NCBI GenBank assembly: GCA_963744995.1
Contig: CAVUWA010000010.1
Span: 256,001 to 320,000 of the forward strand
Source of the DNA: Candidatus Eiseniibacteriota bacterium
GTDB lineage: Bacteria; Eisenbacteria; RBG-16-71-46
Length of the DNA: 64,000 nucleotides
Direction: 5' to 3'
Below, one piece after another: positions 1-10,378 of this stretch. The notes beneath the pieces were generated by a model that saw only the letters and a program-made list of their open reading frames with translations, was not told where the DNA came from and searched no databases. The translations under genes and the position numbers were made by a program. How positions within the stretch are numbered: the first letter of the stretch is position 1; each line of letters starts with the position of its first letter.

Positions 1-58
1 CGGCTCTCGGATCGGGCGTCGCGTGGAGGTGCCAGTGCCGCGCGCGCCCGACCGTCGA

Positions 59-613
59 CTACAGGTGAATCTGCGAGTTGCCGTGCGTAACCGACTCGAT
101 GGCGAGATCCCCGCCCCCGAACGGCAGCTCGCCGGTCTCGCAGAACCGCTCGGCCGAACCGGGCGGAGCGTTGCGGAATGCGCGCAGATTGCTGGTCATG
201 TCGAGCGGCGCGTCGGCGCCCTGACCGTTGTCCACCACCACCCAGCCGATGTCGGTTCCGGCCTGGAACAGCGTGAACAACGCCTCGTCCACGGTGCCAC
301 CGATGCGCGCCTCGTTCGGCGAGAGGATGTTGAGGCACGTGATGGTGCCGTGCAGGATCGCCGAACCGGCGACCATCTGCCATTCGCCCCCGACGTACGA
401 GTCGGCGTACTTGCGGGCGTTGAAGGTGAGGCGGCGATAGAAGCCGTCAGGCGTCTGCCAGTGGGCGGCCCCGGTGACGCTCTGCACGACCATCCCATGG
501 GTGCCGTCGTCCTGCGCGTGCGCCACGAGCGGCTGGGTGGCGAGCGCCGCGATGAGCAGCAGTCCCGTCGTTGCATGGCCGAGGTGCGGAAATCCTGGAA
601 TCCTGGAGTGCAT
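59..613 (-). CDS. Secreted hypothetical protein, probably beta-rich, divergent from the MocR regulator
   Basis: ATG at 613 follows a purine-rich RBS-like tract (AGAGGGAGA). Signal-peptide-like N-terminus (GLLLIAALATQPLVAHA|QDD) and two Cys. Confidence 0.7.
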   Translation of the reverse strand: MHSRIPGFPHLGHATTGLLLIAALATQPLVAHAQDDGTHGMVVQSVTGAAHWQTPDGFYRRLTFNARKYADSYVGGEWQMVAGSAILHGTITCLNILSPNEARIGGTVDEALFTLFQAGTDIGWVVVDNGQGADAPLDMTSNLRAFRNAPPGSAERFCETGELPFGGGDLAIESVTHGNSQIHL

Positions 614-668
614 GGGTCTCCCTCTGTTCTTCCCGGTGCGAGTGGGTGGGCCGGTCTGCAACCGGCAC

Positions 669-738
669 GTCCCCATTCTCGCGGATCGGGACATGTCTGC
701 TAAAGTCCCACTTTATGCAAAGTTCATGGGCCCATTCG
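669..738. promoter_or_regulatory. Candidate MocR-family operator region
   Basis: Three related minus-strand motifs AGAATGGGGAC, AAAGTGGGACT and CGAATGGGCC, plus palindromes TAAAGT-CCC-ACTTTA (701-715) and ATGGGCCCAT (726-735), in the divergent intergenic region. Confidence 0.4.
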
Positions 739-812
739 CCCGTGGGCGCGGATCGTTCGGGCCGTTTCCCCGACGGGCCGGCGCCCATCCGGCATGACCT
801 CGGAGAGACATC

Positions 813-2322
813 GTGACCCCTTCACCGCGCTCCGGCATTCCACCGCTGCTGCACCTCGATCGGCAGGGCAGCGGTTCCGCTGTTCCGCCAGATCGACGCG
901 CAGCTGCGGCAGTCCATTCGCGCCGGACGGTTGAAGGGCGGGGCGCGGCTGCCCTCGACGCGCGCCCTCGCGGCGGACCTCGGCGTCTCGCGCAACACGG
1001 TGCGCCAGGCTTTCGAACAGCTGCTGGCCGAGGGCTTTCTGGAATCCACCGTGGGCGCGGGAACCCGCGTGGCCCATGCGGCCCGGCCCACGGGGGGCGC
1101 GGTGGTCACGCACGGCCGCCGTCGCACGCCGCGTCCTGCGCTGCTCGGGCGGCTGGCCCGCATCCGCGTTCCCAGGCCCTCCCCCGGCGTGCCGAAGCAG
1201 CAGGCGGCGTTCCGGGTCGGGCTGCCCGCGCTCGATCGCTTCCCGGTCGAGACGTGGGCGCGTCTCGCTGGGCGGCGCTGGCGCCGGATCACCACGACGC
1301 AGCTCGGCTACGGCGACGAGCGCGGCGAACGTCCGCTGCGCGAGGCTCTCGCACGCCACATCGGCGCGACCCGTGGCGTCGCATGCGATCCGGACCAGGT
1401 GCTCGTGGTCAACGGTTCGCAGGGCGCCCTGGACCTGGCCGCGCGTGTGCTGATCGAGCCGGGCGACGCGGTGTGGGTCGAGGAGCCGGGCTACTTCGGC
1501 GCGCGCGGCCCCGCGGTGGCCGCCGGCGCGCGCATCGTCCCGATCCCGGTCGACGCGGAAGGCATGCACGTCGCGCTGGGCCGCCGGCGTGCACCCCGTG
1601 CCCGCGTCGCGTTCGTTACCCCGTCGCATCAGTTTCCGACCGGGGCGACGCTCAGCCTCGCGCGTCGCGCCGAGCTGCTGGAGTGGGCACGCCGGGCACG
1701 GGCGTGGATCGTCGAAGACGACTACGACAGCGAGTTCCGCTACGACGCCCGCCCGCTCACCGCGCTGCAGGGCCTCGACGGCGGCGAGGCGGTGATCTAC
1801 GCCGGCACGCTGAGCAAGACGCTGTGCCCGGGCCTGCGGCTCGGCTATCTGGTGCTGCCCCCCGCGCTGGTCGAGCCGTTCGTGTGCATGCGGCGCTTCA
1901 TCGACTCCCATCCGCCGACGCTGCACCAGCTGGTCGCCTCGGACTTCATCGCGCACGGACACTACGCGCGGCACCTGCGCCGCATGCGGGCGCTCTACCG
2001 CGAGCGACAGGACGCGCTGGTGCGCGAGATCGAGTCCCGCGCCCGCGGGCGGCTCACCGTTCAGCCGTCGGATGCCGGGATGCATCTGGTGGCGTGGCTG
2101 CCGCGCGGGACGTCGGAGCGTCGCGTCGTGGATGCCGCGGTGCGCGAAGGCATTCACGTGCTCGGGCTCTCGGAGTTTCGCGTGGCCCGTGGCGGGCCAC
2201 CGGGCCTGGTGCTCGGTTACGGCGGCGTCCCGGCGCGCCACGTGCGCGACCCGGTCAACGCGCTCGTGCGCGCACTGGAGCGGGCCGGAGTGCGCGCCCG
2301 CGGCCCGGGCGCAGGCCCTTGA
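813..2322 (+). CDS. MocR/GabR-family regulator (GntR wHTH + PLP-binding aminotransferase-like domain), apparent +1 frameshift near 866-868
   Basis: Motifs LPSTRALAADLGVSRNTV, VTPSHQFPTG, WIVEDDYDSEFRY and GTLSKTLCPGLRLGY. GTG 813 has a GGAGAG RBS; N-terminal LHLDRQ joins VPLFRQIDAQLRQSI only if one base is removed. Confidence 0.9.
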
Positions 2323-3396
<1,074 letters not shown>

Positions 3397-3724
3397 TCGG
3401 TCGGAGAAGCCGCATCGGGCCGCGGCGAAGGTGCACGCAGGCTTGAGCGTTCTTTTTCGCAGCCGCTCGATCCGGCATGCGATTCTTCTCTTGACACATC
3501 TCCACGATGCGCTTCGCCCAGTCCGGCGCCCGGTCACGTCCGGCGCGTCATCGCGCGCGGTATGCCCCGTGCGCGCGCCGCGCATCCGTGTTCGAGTTTC
3601 GCGCGGCCCCGCCGGGAGATCTGCGTACTGCAGCGATCTGCGGGCGTCGAAAACCCGTGTGATATGAAAGACATGCGCTTCGCGCAGAGCGTCCCCGCGC
3701 CATCCGCCCCCGCGGAGTGAAGTC

Positions 3725-4939
3725 ATGCGTGCGCGTTCGTTGTCTCATCTCAGCAATCGGGACCTGCTCACCCGTCTCTCCGAACTCCTCGCCCGCGAGC
3801 GAGAGATCACGGCCGAGCTGATCCTGCATCTCGCCGAAGTCTTCCGTCGGCGGCTTTACGTGGCCGAGGGCTATCCGTCCATGCACGCCTACTGCGTCGG
3901 GGCGCTCGGCATGTCCGAGGACAGCGCCGGCAAGCGCATCCGCGTCGTGCGCATGGCCCGCCGCTTCCCGGTGATCCTGGAGATGATCGCCGACGGCCGG
4001 CTGCACCTGAGCGCCGTGTGCCTGCTGGCGCCGCATCTGAAGCACGAGAACGCGGCCGACCTGCTGGAGGCCGCCACGCGCAGGACCAAGCGCCAGATCG
4101 AGCAGCTCCTGGCCGAGCGCTTCCCGCAGGACGACGTGCCGGCGCTGGTGCAGCCCATCGGGTCGACTCCAGGCCCGGCCGGGCCCGAAAAATCCGTCCC
4201 GGGACGGATTTCGAACTCGAGCGTTGACGACGAGTCACCGAACGGGGGCACCTGTACGAGTGCCGCACCCCTGGACGCCCCGGCGACCGGCGAAGACGTC
4301 CAATGCATCGCGCCGCAGGCGAATGCGGCGCCCGGGTCGGCTGAGACACAGATGTCAAAATCCGTCCCGGGACGGATTTTGCCGCCCGCGCCCGCACCCC
4401 GGCCGCGGCTCACGCCGCTGGCGCCGCAGCGCTTCGCGATTCAGTTCACGATGGACCAGGCGATGCACGATGATCTGATTCGTGCGCAGCAGCTGCTGGG
4501 TCATGCCGTGGCGCCGGGCGAGATCACCGAAGTCTTCCGGCGCGCGCTGCGTGAGCTGGTGACGAAGCTCGATAAGCAGAAGTGCGCTGCGCTGAAGCAG
4601 CCGAAGGCCGGGCCCGACGCTCGAAACGGCAAGAAAACCCGGCCTTCGGCCGGCAACCCGCGTCGCATACCCGCCGGGATCAGACGCGCAGTCTGGCTCC
4701 GTGACCAGCGCCGCTGCACGTTCGTGAGCGGCACAGGCCATCGCTGCGAATCACGCGAAGCGCTTGAAATCGATCACGTCGTGCCGGTCTCCAAAGGCGG
4801 CAAGCCCACGCTCGAGAATCTCCGGCTGCTCTGCCCGGCGCACAATCAGTACGAAGCCAACCAGGTCTTCGGCGAAGGCTTCATGCACCGAATTCGGGAG
4901 CGGGCCCGGCAGACGCAGAGCTGCACGGCTCCGGGGTGA
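3725..4939 (+). CDS. HNH endonuclease with N-terminal DUF222-like helical domain and Pro/Ala-rich linker
   Basis: C-terminal RRAVWLRDQRRC..C....LEIDHVVPVSKGG...NLRLLCPAHN; GGAG RBS. Confidence 0.88.
   Translation: MRARSLSHLSNRDLLTRLSELLAREREITAELILHLAEVFRRRLYVAEGYPSMHAYCVGALGMSEDSAGKRIRVVRMARRFPVILEMIADGRLHLSAVCLLAPHLKHENAADLLEAATRRTKRQIEQLLAERFPQDDVPALVQPIGSTPGPAGPEKSVPGRISNSSVDDESPNGGTCTSAAPLDAPATGEDVQCIAPQANAAPGSAETQMSKSVPGRILPPAPAPRPRLTPLAPQRFAIQFTMDQAMHDDLIRAQQLLGHAVAPGEITEVFRRALRELVTKLDKQKCAALKQPKAGPDARNGKKTRPSAGNPRRIPAGIRRAVWLRDQRRCTFVSGTGHRCESREALEIDHVVPVSKGGKPTLENLRLLCPAHNQYEANQVFGEGFMHRIRERARQTQSCTAPG
4190..4211. repeat. Perfect 22 bp palindrome AAATCCGTCCCGGGACGGATTT (copy 1, inside HNH gene)
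   Basis: Read directly; equals its own reverse complement. Confidence 0.95.
4357..4380. repeat. Perfect 24 bp palindrome AAAATCCGTCCCGGGACGGATTTT (copy 2, inside HNH gene)
   Basis: Read directly; centre lies 168 bp from the centre of copy 1. Confidence 0.95.
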
Positions 4940-5013
4940 AGCCTGCAGCTGCTTCGGCGCACGGCCCATTCAGATGCGGCCCGGCGACAAACCCGGGCGC
5001 CGGCATCGCGCCT

Positions 5014-6411
5014 TCAGTGCGCCGTGGCGTCGCGGAACACGCGCAGCACCGTGAGCGCCATGATCTTGAGGTCGAAGAACAGCGACCAGTGCCGGATGTA
5101 ATAGAGGTCGTACTCGATGCGCGCATCGAGCGGCGTGTCGCCGCGCAGGCCGTTGACCTGCGCCCAGCCGGTGATCCCCGACTTCACGTGGTGACGGAGC
5201 ATGTAGCGTGGGATCGAAGCTCTGAAACGATCCACGTACATCGGTCGCTCGGGGCGCGGGCCGACGAGGCTCATGTGGCCGAGCAGCACGTTCCAGAACT
5301 GGGGCAGCTCGTCGAGCGAGAGCTTGCGGAGGAACACCCCGGCGCCGGTGCGCCGCGGGTCGCCGGGCGTCGTCCAGCCTTCGCCCTGCGCCTCGGCATC
5401 CATCCGCATGGTCCGGAACTTGATCATGCGAAATCTGCGGCCGTTGAGGCCGACCCGCTCCTGCGAGTAAAACACCGGCCCCGGCGAGTCGAGCTTCACC
5501 CACATGGCGATCAGCAGCATGAGGGGCCACAGCACGAGCAGGGCCACGGCGGAGAAGCCCATGTCCAGCGTGCGTTTGATCACTGCGTTCCAGCCCTGCC
5601 ACGGGCTCTCGGTGACCAGCACGATCGGCTTGCCGTCGAAGTCCTCGATGCTCGCGTTGATCGTGAACGCGCGGGACAGATCCGGCACCAGCCGCACCGC
5701 CGCCGTGGAGTCCGACATGCGCGCCAGGGTCTCCTCCTCGGCGGCGAACTCGGCGCGATCGAAGGCGAGATACAGCAGGTCCACGCCCTGCGACTCCATG
5801 AGCCCGGGCAGCTCCGCGACCGCGCCGACCACCGGCAGGCCATCGAGCTCGGTGGGCGCCCCCTCGGCCGTGCTCGCCAGCACACCGACGGTCACCAGCC
5901 CGTAGTCCGGGTGTTCCGCGATTTTCGCGATCAGCTCGCGCGCGTTCCCGCCGGTGCCCGCGACCAGCACCCGGCGCTGGTTGTAGCCGCGCGCGCGCAG
6001 CGCCCGCAGCGCGTGGCGCACGACGATGCGGCTGGCAATCAGCGCGAACCCGCACAATGTCGCGAAGATGAGCAGCACCGAACGCGACAGTTCGCCGCGG
6101 GTGAAGAACGAGGCCAGCGCCGCGACCGCGGTGACCGTGGCCACGCCCTGCACGATCGCGTAGACCTCCTGCGAGAGGCGCGCGGTGCGGGCCGAGCGAT
6201 AGATGCGGAAGGTGCGCAGCACCAGCAGCGACACCAGCGTGACGATCGCGCCGACCCACAGGTAGAAGCCGAGCGGCGGGATTCCCAGCGGCGCGGCGAG
6301 GCCGAGCCCGTAGAAGCGCAGGAAGTACGCCCCGACCCAGGCGGCCGCGATCAGCAGCCCGTCCGTGACGAAGATCGCGCTGGAGAAGAGCTGTCGGTGA
6401 CGAGCGAGCAT
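5014..6411 (-). CDS. wcaJ: Undecaprenyl-phosphate glucose phosphotransferase (initiating PGT)
   Basis: N-terminal TMs, CoA-binding-like region, then KRTLD, KFRTM, LDELPQFWNVLLGHMSLVGPRPER and GITGWAQVNGLRG. Confidence 0.9.
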   Translation of the reverse strand: MLARHRQLFSSAIFVTDGLLIAAAWVGAYFLRFYGLGLAAPLGIPPLGFYLWVGAIVTLVSLLVLRTFRIYRSARTARLSQEVYAIVQGVATVTAVAALASFFTRGELSRSVLLIFATLCGFALIASRIVVRHALRALRARGYNQRRVLVAGTGGNARELIAKIAEHPDYGLVTVGVLASTAEGAPTELDGLPVVGAVAELPGLMESQGVDLLYLAFDRAEFAAEEETLARMSDSTAAVRLVPDLSRAFTINASIEDFDGKPIVLVTESPWQGWNAVIKRTLDMGFSAVALLVLWPLMLLIAMWVKLDSPGPVFYSQERVGLNGRRFRMIKFRTMRMDAEAQGEGWTTPGDPRRTGAGVFLRKLSLDELPQFWNVLLGHMSLVGPRPERPMYVDRFRASIPRYMLRHHVKSGITGWAQVNGLRGDTPLDARIEYDLYYIRHWSLFFDLKIMALTVLRVFRDATAH

Positions 6412-6488
6412 GAAGGCTTTCCATGGGCGGCGGGTCCGGGCGCTGCGCGTGTGGCGTGGAAGCCGAAACGCGGCTAGGGTCTGCCGCC

Positions 6489-7538
6489 ATGACGCTTCCG
6501 GCGGGGAAAGATACTAGAACGCCATCCGGGGACCAACGTGCCGGGGCGCCCCTGTTCTCGGTCGTCGTGCCGAGCCGCGGTGATCCGGCGAAGCTCGGGG
6601 CGCTGCTGAACGCGCTCGAGGCCCAGACGTTTCCCGCCGCCCGCCGCGAGATTTTGATCGTGCTCGACGGGGCCGAGGCGCCGCCGGACCTCGCGACGCG
6701 CGCCGCCCGTGCCGCCGCGCGGATCCTGACGCTGGATCCGCGCGGCGGACCCGGGGCGGCACGCAATCATGGCGCCGCCGAGGCACGCGGCACCTGGCTC
6801 GCCTTCACCGAGGACGATGTGACCCCGGCCCCCGACTGGCTCGAGCAGGCGGCGCGGCGGATCGGTCGAGAGCCCCGCCCCGATGTGATCGAAGGCCTGA
6901 CCCAAAAGCCCGGCGGCCGCCGGGTGCATGGGCACGCGGGTGCGAACCCGCTCTACCTGCCGACCAACCTGTTCGTGCGTCGCGAGGTCTTCGAGCGCGC
7001 GGGCGGATACTGCACGGCCTACTTCGACGCCCGCCGCGGGATCTACTTCCGTGAAGACGCCGACCTCGGCTTCACGCTCGAAGCGCAGGGTGCGCGTGTC
7101 GCGGTCGAGCCCGCGGCGCGCGTGACGCACCCGCACGAGCACCCCGGTTTCTGGGACCCGGTGCGCTGGGCGCGGCGCTACCGGATGGACGCGCTGCTCG
7201 AAGCGCGACACCCGATGCGCTTCCGCGAGCGCATCGAGGCGCACCGGCTCGGGCCGTTTACGATCCGGCGTCCGATCGTGCGCGCCTCTTTCCTGTACGT
7301 GCTGGCCCTGTTCCTCGCGGCGACGACGTGGGCGGCGGGACTCACCGGGACGGCGGCGTGGTTCGCGGGCGTTGCTGCGCTCGCGCTGCTCGTGGTGTGG
7401 GCGAAGTGGCGCTTCGATCCGCGGCGCCTGCCGGTGTGCGTGCTGGTGCCGGTGGTGCTGGTCGGGTCGTACGTCGGGGGCCGGCTGCAGCTCGCCGAGC
7501 TTCTCGGGCGCTGCCGGGCGGGCCGCCGCCCCGGTTGA
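6489..7538 (+). CDS. GT2 family glycosyltransferase with C-terminal TM segments
   Basis: FSVVVPS, GPGAARNHG, AFTEDD and REDADL motifs. Confidence 0.85.
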   Translation: MTLPAGKDTRTPSGDQRAGAPLFSVVVPSRGDPAKLGALLNALEAQTFPAARREILIVLDGAEAPPDLATRAARAAARILTLDPRGGPGAARNHGAAEARGTWLAFTEDDVTPAPDWLEQAARRIGREPRPDVIEGLTQKPGGRRVHGHAGANPLYLPTNLFVRREVFERAGGYCTAYFDARRGIYFREDADLGFTLEAQGARVAVEPAARVTHPHEHPGFWDPVRWARRYRMDALLEARHPMRFRERIEAHRLGPFTIRRPIVRASFLYVLALFLAATTWAAGLTGTAAWFAGVAALALLVVWAKWRFDPRRLPVCVLVPVVLVGSYVGGRLQLAELLGRCRAGRRPG

Positions 7539-7551
7539 GTGCCCGGACGCG

Positions 7552-8742
7552 TCAGCTTCCGGCGGCGGGCGCCTCGCGAACGCTCCCGGCCACCCGCTCC
7601 AGCCGGGCGCGGAGATTCTCCCAGCTGAAGGCGCCGCGGACGTACTCGCGCGCCCGCTCGACTCTCTCGAGTTCGTCCACGGGATTCGTCAGCGCAGCGA
7701 CGGCGTGCGCGGCCAGGTCGTGCGGCGTATCGGCGATGCGCACGTGCTGCGCCGTCGCGGCAATGCCGGCGGCCACCCCGCTCGTGGTGACGGTGGGAAC
7801 GCCTGCCGCCATCGCTTCGATGACCTTGTTCTGGATCCCGGTGGAGAAGCGCAGCGGCGCCACCATCACCGCGACCTCGTTCCAGGTGTCGAGCAGATCC
7901 GGGACGGCGCCGGGCACCGTGACCCCCGGCAGCGCGCCCAGCGCGAGCACGTCCGGGCGCGGATCCGCGCCGCCGAGGATCAGGCGGCTATCCGGCACCG
8001 CCGACAGGATCCGCGGCCAGATCTCGCGCGCCAGGTAGTTTGCCGCGTCGACGTTGTGCGGGACGCTCAGATTGCCCAGGAAATAGACCTGCCGCGAGGT
8101 ACGGGCGCGGAGCGGAATCTCGAAAAGGCGGCCGTCGACCCCGTGCGGCACCGTCACCACCCGCTCCGCGCCGCCTCGCACGAGGGCCTCGCGGTCGACT
8201 TCGGACAGGACCCACGTTTCTTCGAACGCCTTCGACATCGCGCTCTCGTACCGGCTCATGCGGCGCATCTCCCACGCGATGCCGGGCCCCTTCCAGGGCG
8301 GCTCGTAGGTCATCGAGCGCTTCAGAGCCAGCGCCAGCGAGTCGGCGAGAAACAGCACGCGCGGAGTCCCGCGATGCCCGGCGACGTAGGGCGCCATCCG
8401 GATCAGCTGCGCGAAGGCGGCGTCGAAACCCTCACCGAGCAGGCGCTCGACCGCGCGCTGCATCGCTCCAGACCGGTAGTAGGCGACCTGTGACGGAATC
8501 GTGGAGGCCAGCCCCGCCCACGCCTGCAGCCAGGAGCGGCGCCTCGACAGATGAACGGTCTCCACCCGCGCACACAGCTCGCCGATCGCTTCCGCGGCTT
8601 CCGGCGGTTCCGTGCCGTCGACGAACGACAGCAGCGTGACGTCGTGATGGCGCGAGAACGTCCGCAGCAGATGATAGGCGCTCAACCGGTCACCACGATG
8701 GGGCGGATACGGAAACCGTGCGCAGAGAAACAGGATCTTCAT
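7552..8742 (-). CDS. GT4 family glycosyltransferase
   Basis: MKILFLCARFPYPPHRGD, HNVDA and GIQNKVIEAMAAGVP motifs. Confidence 0.88.
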   Translation of the reverse strand: MKILFLCARFPYPPHRGDRLSAYHLLRTFSRHHDVTLLSFVDGTEPPEAAEAIGELCARVETVHLSRRRSWLQAWAGLASTIPSQVAYYRSGAMQRAVERLLGEGFDAAFAQLIRMAPYVAGHRGTPRVLFLADSLALALKRSMTYEPPWKGPGIAWEMRRMSRYESAMSKAFEETWVLSEVDREALVRGGAERVVTVPHGVDGRLFEIPLRARTSRQVYFLGNLSVPHNVDAANYLAREIWPRILSAVPDSRLILGGADPRPDVLALGALPGVTVPGAVPDLLDTWNEVAVMVAPLRFSTGIQNKVIEAMAAGVPTVTTSGVAAGIAATAQHVRIADTPHDLAAHAVAALTNPVDELERVERAREYVRGAFSWENLRARLERVAGSVREAPAAGS

Positions 8743-8869
8743 GCTGTCGCTTGACCCGGTGCGGGTCCGATGGTCCGGATTTCGCAGGAAGACCAGCACA
8801 GCGCAAACCGCTCGCGCACCTGAGCCCCTTCGATGACGTGGGACGCCCGCGGCCGTCCGCTCGCCCGGC

Positions 8870-10378
8870 TCATCCGGAGACGGAAGCAGGGGCGACTTCG
8901 CCCTCGCGGGTTGCCGGGTGGCGCGACCGCCACGTGATCCGCACCCGGTCGGGCCGTCGCATCGCGTGGGCGACGCCCCAGATCAGGGCCATGGTGATCG
9001 TTCCGTTCACCAGGACGAGGCTGAAGTTCGTGAGGCCGACGACCGCCATGTGAATGGTCGTGGCGGCCGCAGCGGCGCCCCATGCGGCACGGACACCCGT
9101 GAAACGCCTGGCCTGACGCGTGCCTTCGCGGATCGAGATCCAGAGCAACGTCAGCAGCGCCACGAGCCCGAAGACGCCCAGCTTCAACCAAGCCCAGAGG
9201 TACGTCTGATGGACGTACCACTGTGAGGTGACCGTCGAGAAGATCGGCTCACGTACATGCAGGGTGTACCCGAGCCCGTAGCCGAGCCAGGGCGCGGCGC
9301 CGATGCGTTGAATCGCTCCCCAATACTCGATGAGCCGGGCGACGTTGGAGGCCGTCTCGGTCGACTGTTGCGTCCCCACGCTGGAAGCCAGCCGCGTGCC
9401 GAGGAGCGTGGCGGGGTTCGTCCAGCCGAACGCGAATCCAGCGACAATGATCCCCACGACGACCACCGCGCCGATCAGGAGGAACATGCGGGCGAGCCGG
9501 ATCCAGCGCCGGCGCGCATCGCTCCTGCCCGCTGCGTAGACGATGCACGAATACGGGATGGCGATCAGCAGCCCGAGCCAGTAGCCACGCGTGAAGGAGA
9601 TCAACTGATGCACCATGCACATGCTGAACAGGAGAATCAGCGGAAGGTTCCAGCGCTTGCGGGAGTCGTACAGGATCAGATTCAGGAGGAGCAGGCCGAA
9701 GATCGCCGTGAACGGCGTGAAGAAGACGCCGCCGGTGCGGACCCGGAAGAGCGCGTAGGACATCACGCCCATCGCCGTCTGCCCGACGGCGGTCAGCGAC
9801 AGCAGGACCATCGTCCAGCGCAGCGCCCGCGCCTCGACACGCATCCCGCCGAGGACGACCCCGAGGGCCAGCGCGGACAGCGGCAGGACCTCGAGCCCCA
9901 TGTAGCGGAGCGAATTCCCGACCAGGATGCCGTGCACGACCCCCGTGAACATCATCGCCCCCATGAGGGCGATGCCCCAGGTCAGTGGAGAAACGGGCAG
10001 CGCCCAGCGCTGGGTGAGCGCCAGGAGGAGCATGCCGGCGAGTCCGCACAGCGCCAGGAACACGACGACGGACAGGTCGCGCGTCAGGTGGCCGGCTCCA
10101 TCGTTCACGAAGCTCGCCGCCGCCGCCGCCAGCACGAAGAACAGCATCGGCTCGAACGGGCGCCAGAACAGCAGCAGTCCAACGACGACGGCGCCCACCG
10201 CCACCCACCAGCTGGTCAGTGTCCCGAGGGTCACGGCGACCGCCAGCAGGGCGGCGAACGGGATGGCCCGCGCGAGGGCGCCCATACGATCCGCACCCTG
10301 GATCGCCGGGCCGATCAACGGACTCCGCCGGGCGCGCTCAAGGCCCCGCCTAGGAGGCCGGGCGCGCGTCCCCGCCAT
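8870..10378 (-). CDS. O-antigen ligase/Wzy polymerase family membrane protein
   Basis: Many TM helices; SFTRGYW, RLIEY, PWLGYGLG and H..YL..WLKLGVFG motifs. Start could alternatively be near 10285. Confidence 0.82.
   Translation of the reverse strand: MAGTRARPPRRGLERARRSPLIGPAIQGADRMGALARAIPFAALLAVAVTLGTLTSWWVAVGAVVVGLLLFWRPFEPMLFFVLAAAAASFVNDGAGHLTRDLSVVVFLALCGLAGMLLLALTQRWALPVSPLTWGIALMGAMMFTGVVHGILVGNSLRYMGLEVLPLSALALGVVLGGMRVEARALRWTMVLLSLTAVGQTAMGVMSYALFRVRTGGVFFTPFTAIFGLLLLNLILYDSRKRWNLPLILLFSMCMVHQLISFTRGYWLGLLIAIPYSCIVYAAGRSDARRRWIRLARMFLLIGAVVVVGIIVAGFAFGWTNPATLLGTRLASSVGTQQSTETASNVARLIEYWGAIQRIGAAPWLGYGLGYTLHVREPIFSTVTSQWYVHQTYLWAWLKLGVFGLVALLTLLWISIREGTRQARRFTGVRAAWGAAAAATTIHMAVVGLTNFSLVLVNGTITMALIWGVAHAMRRPDRVRITWRSRHPATREGEVAPASVSG

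Noticed and set aside
4190..4380. Palindrome pair as a CRISPR mini-array or transposon ends
   Set aside because: Only two copies about 145 bp apart, inside a CDS, with no cas or transposase gene nearby.
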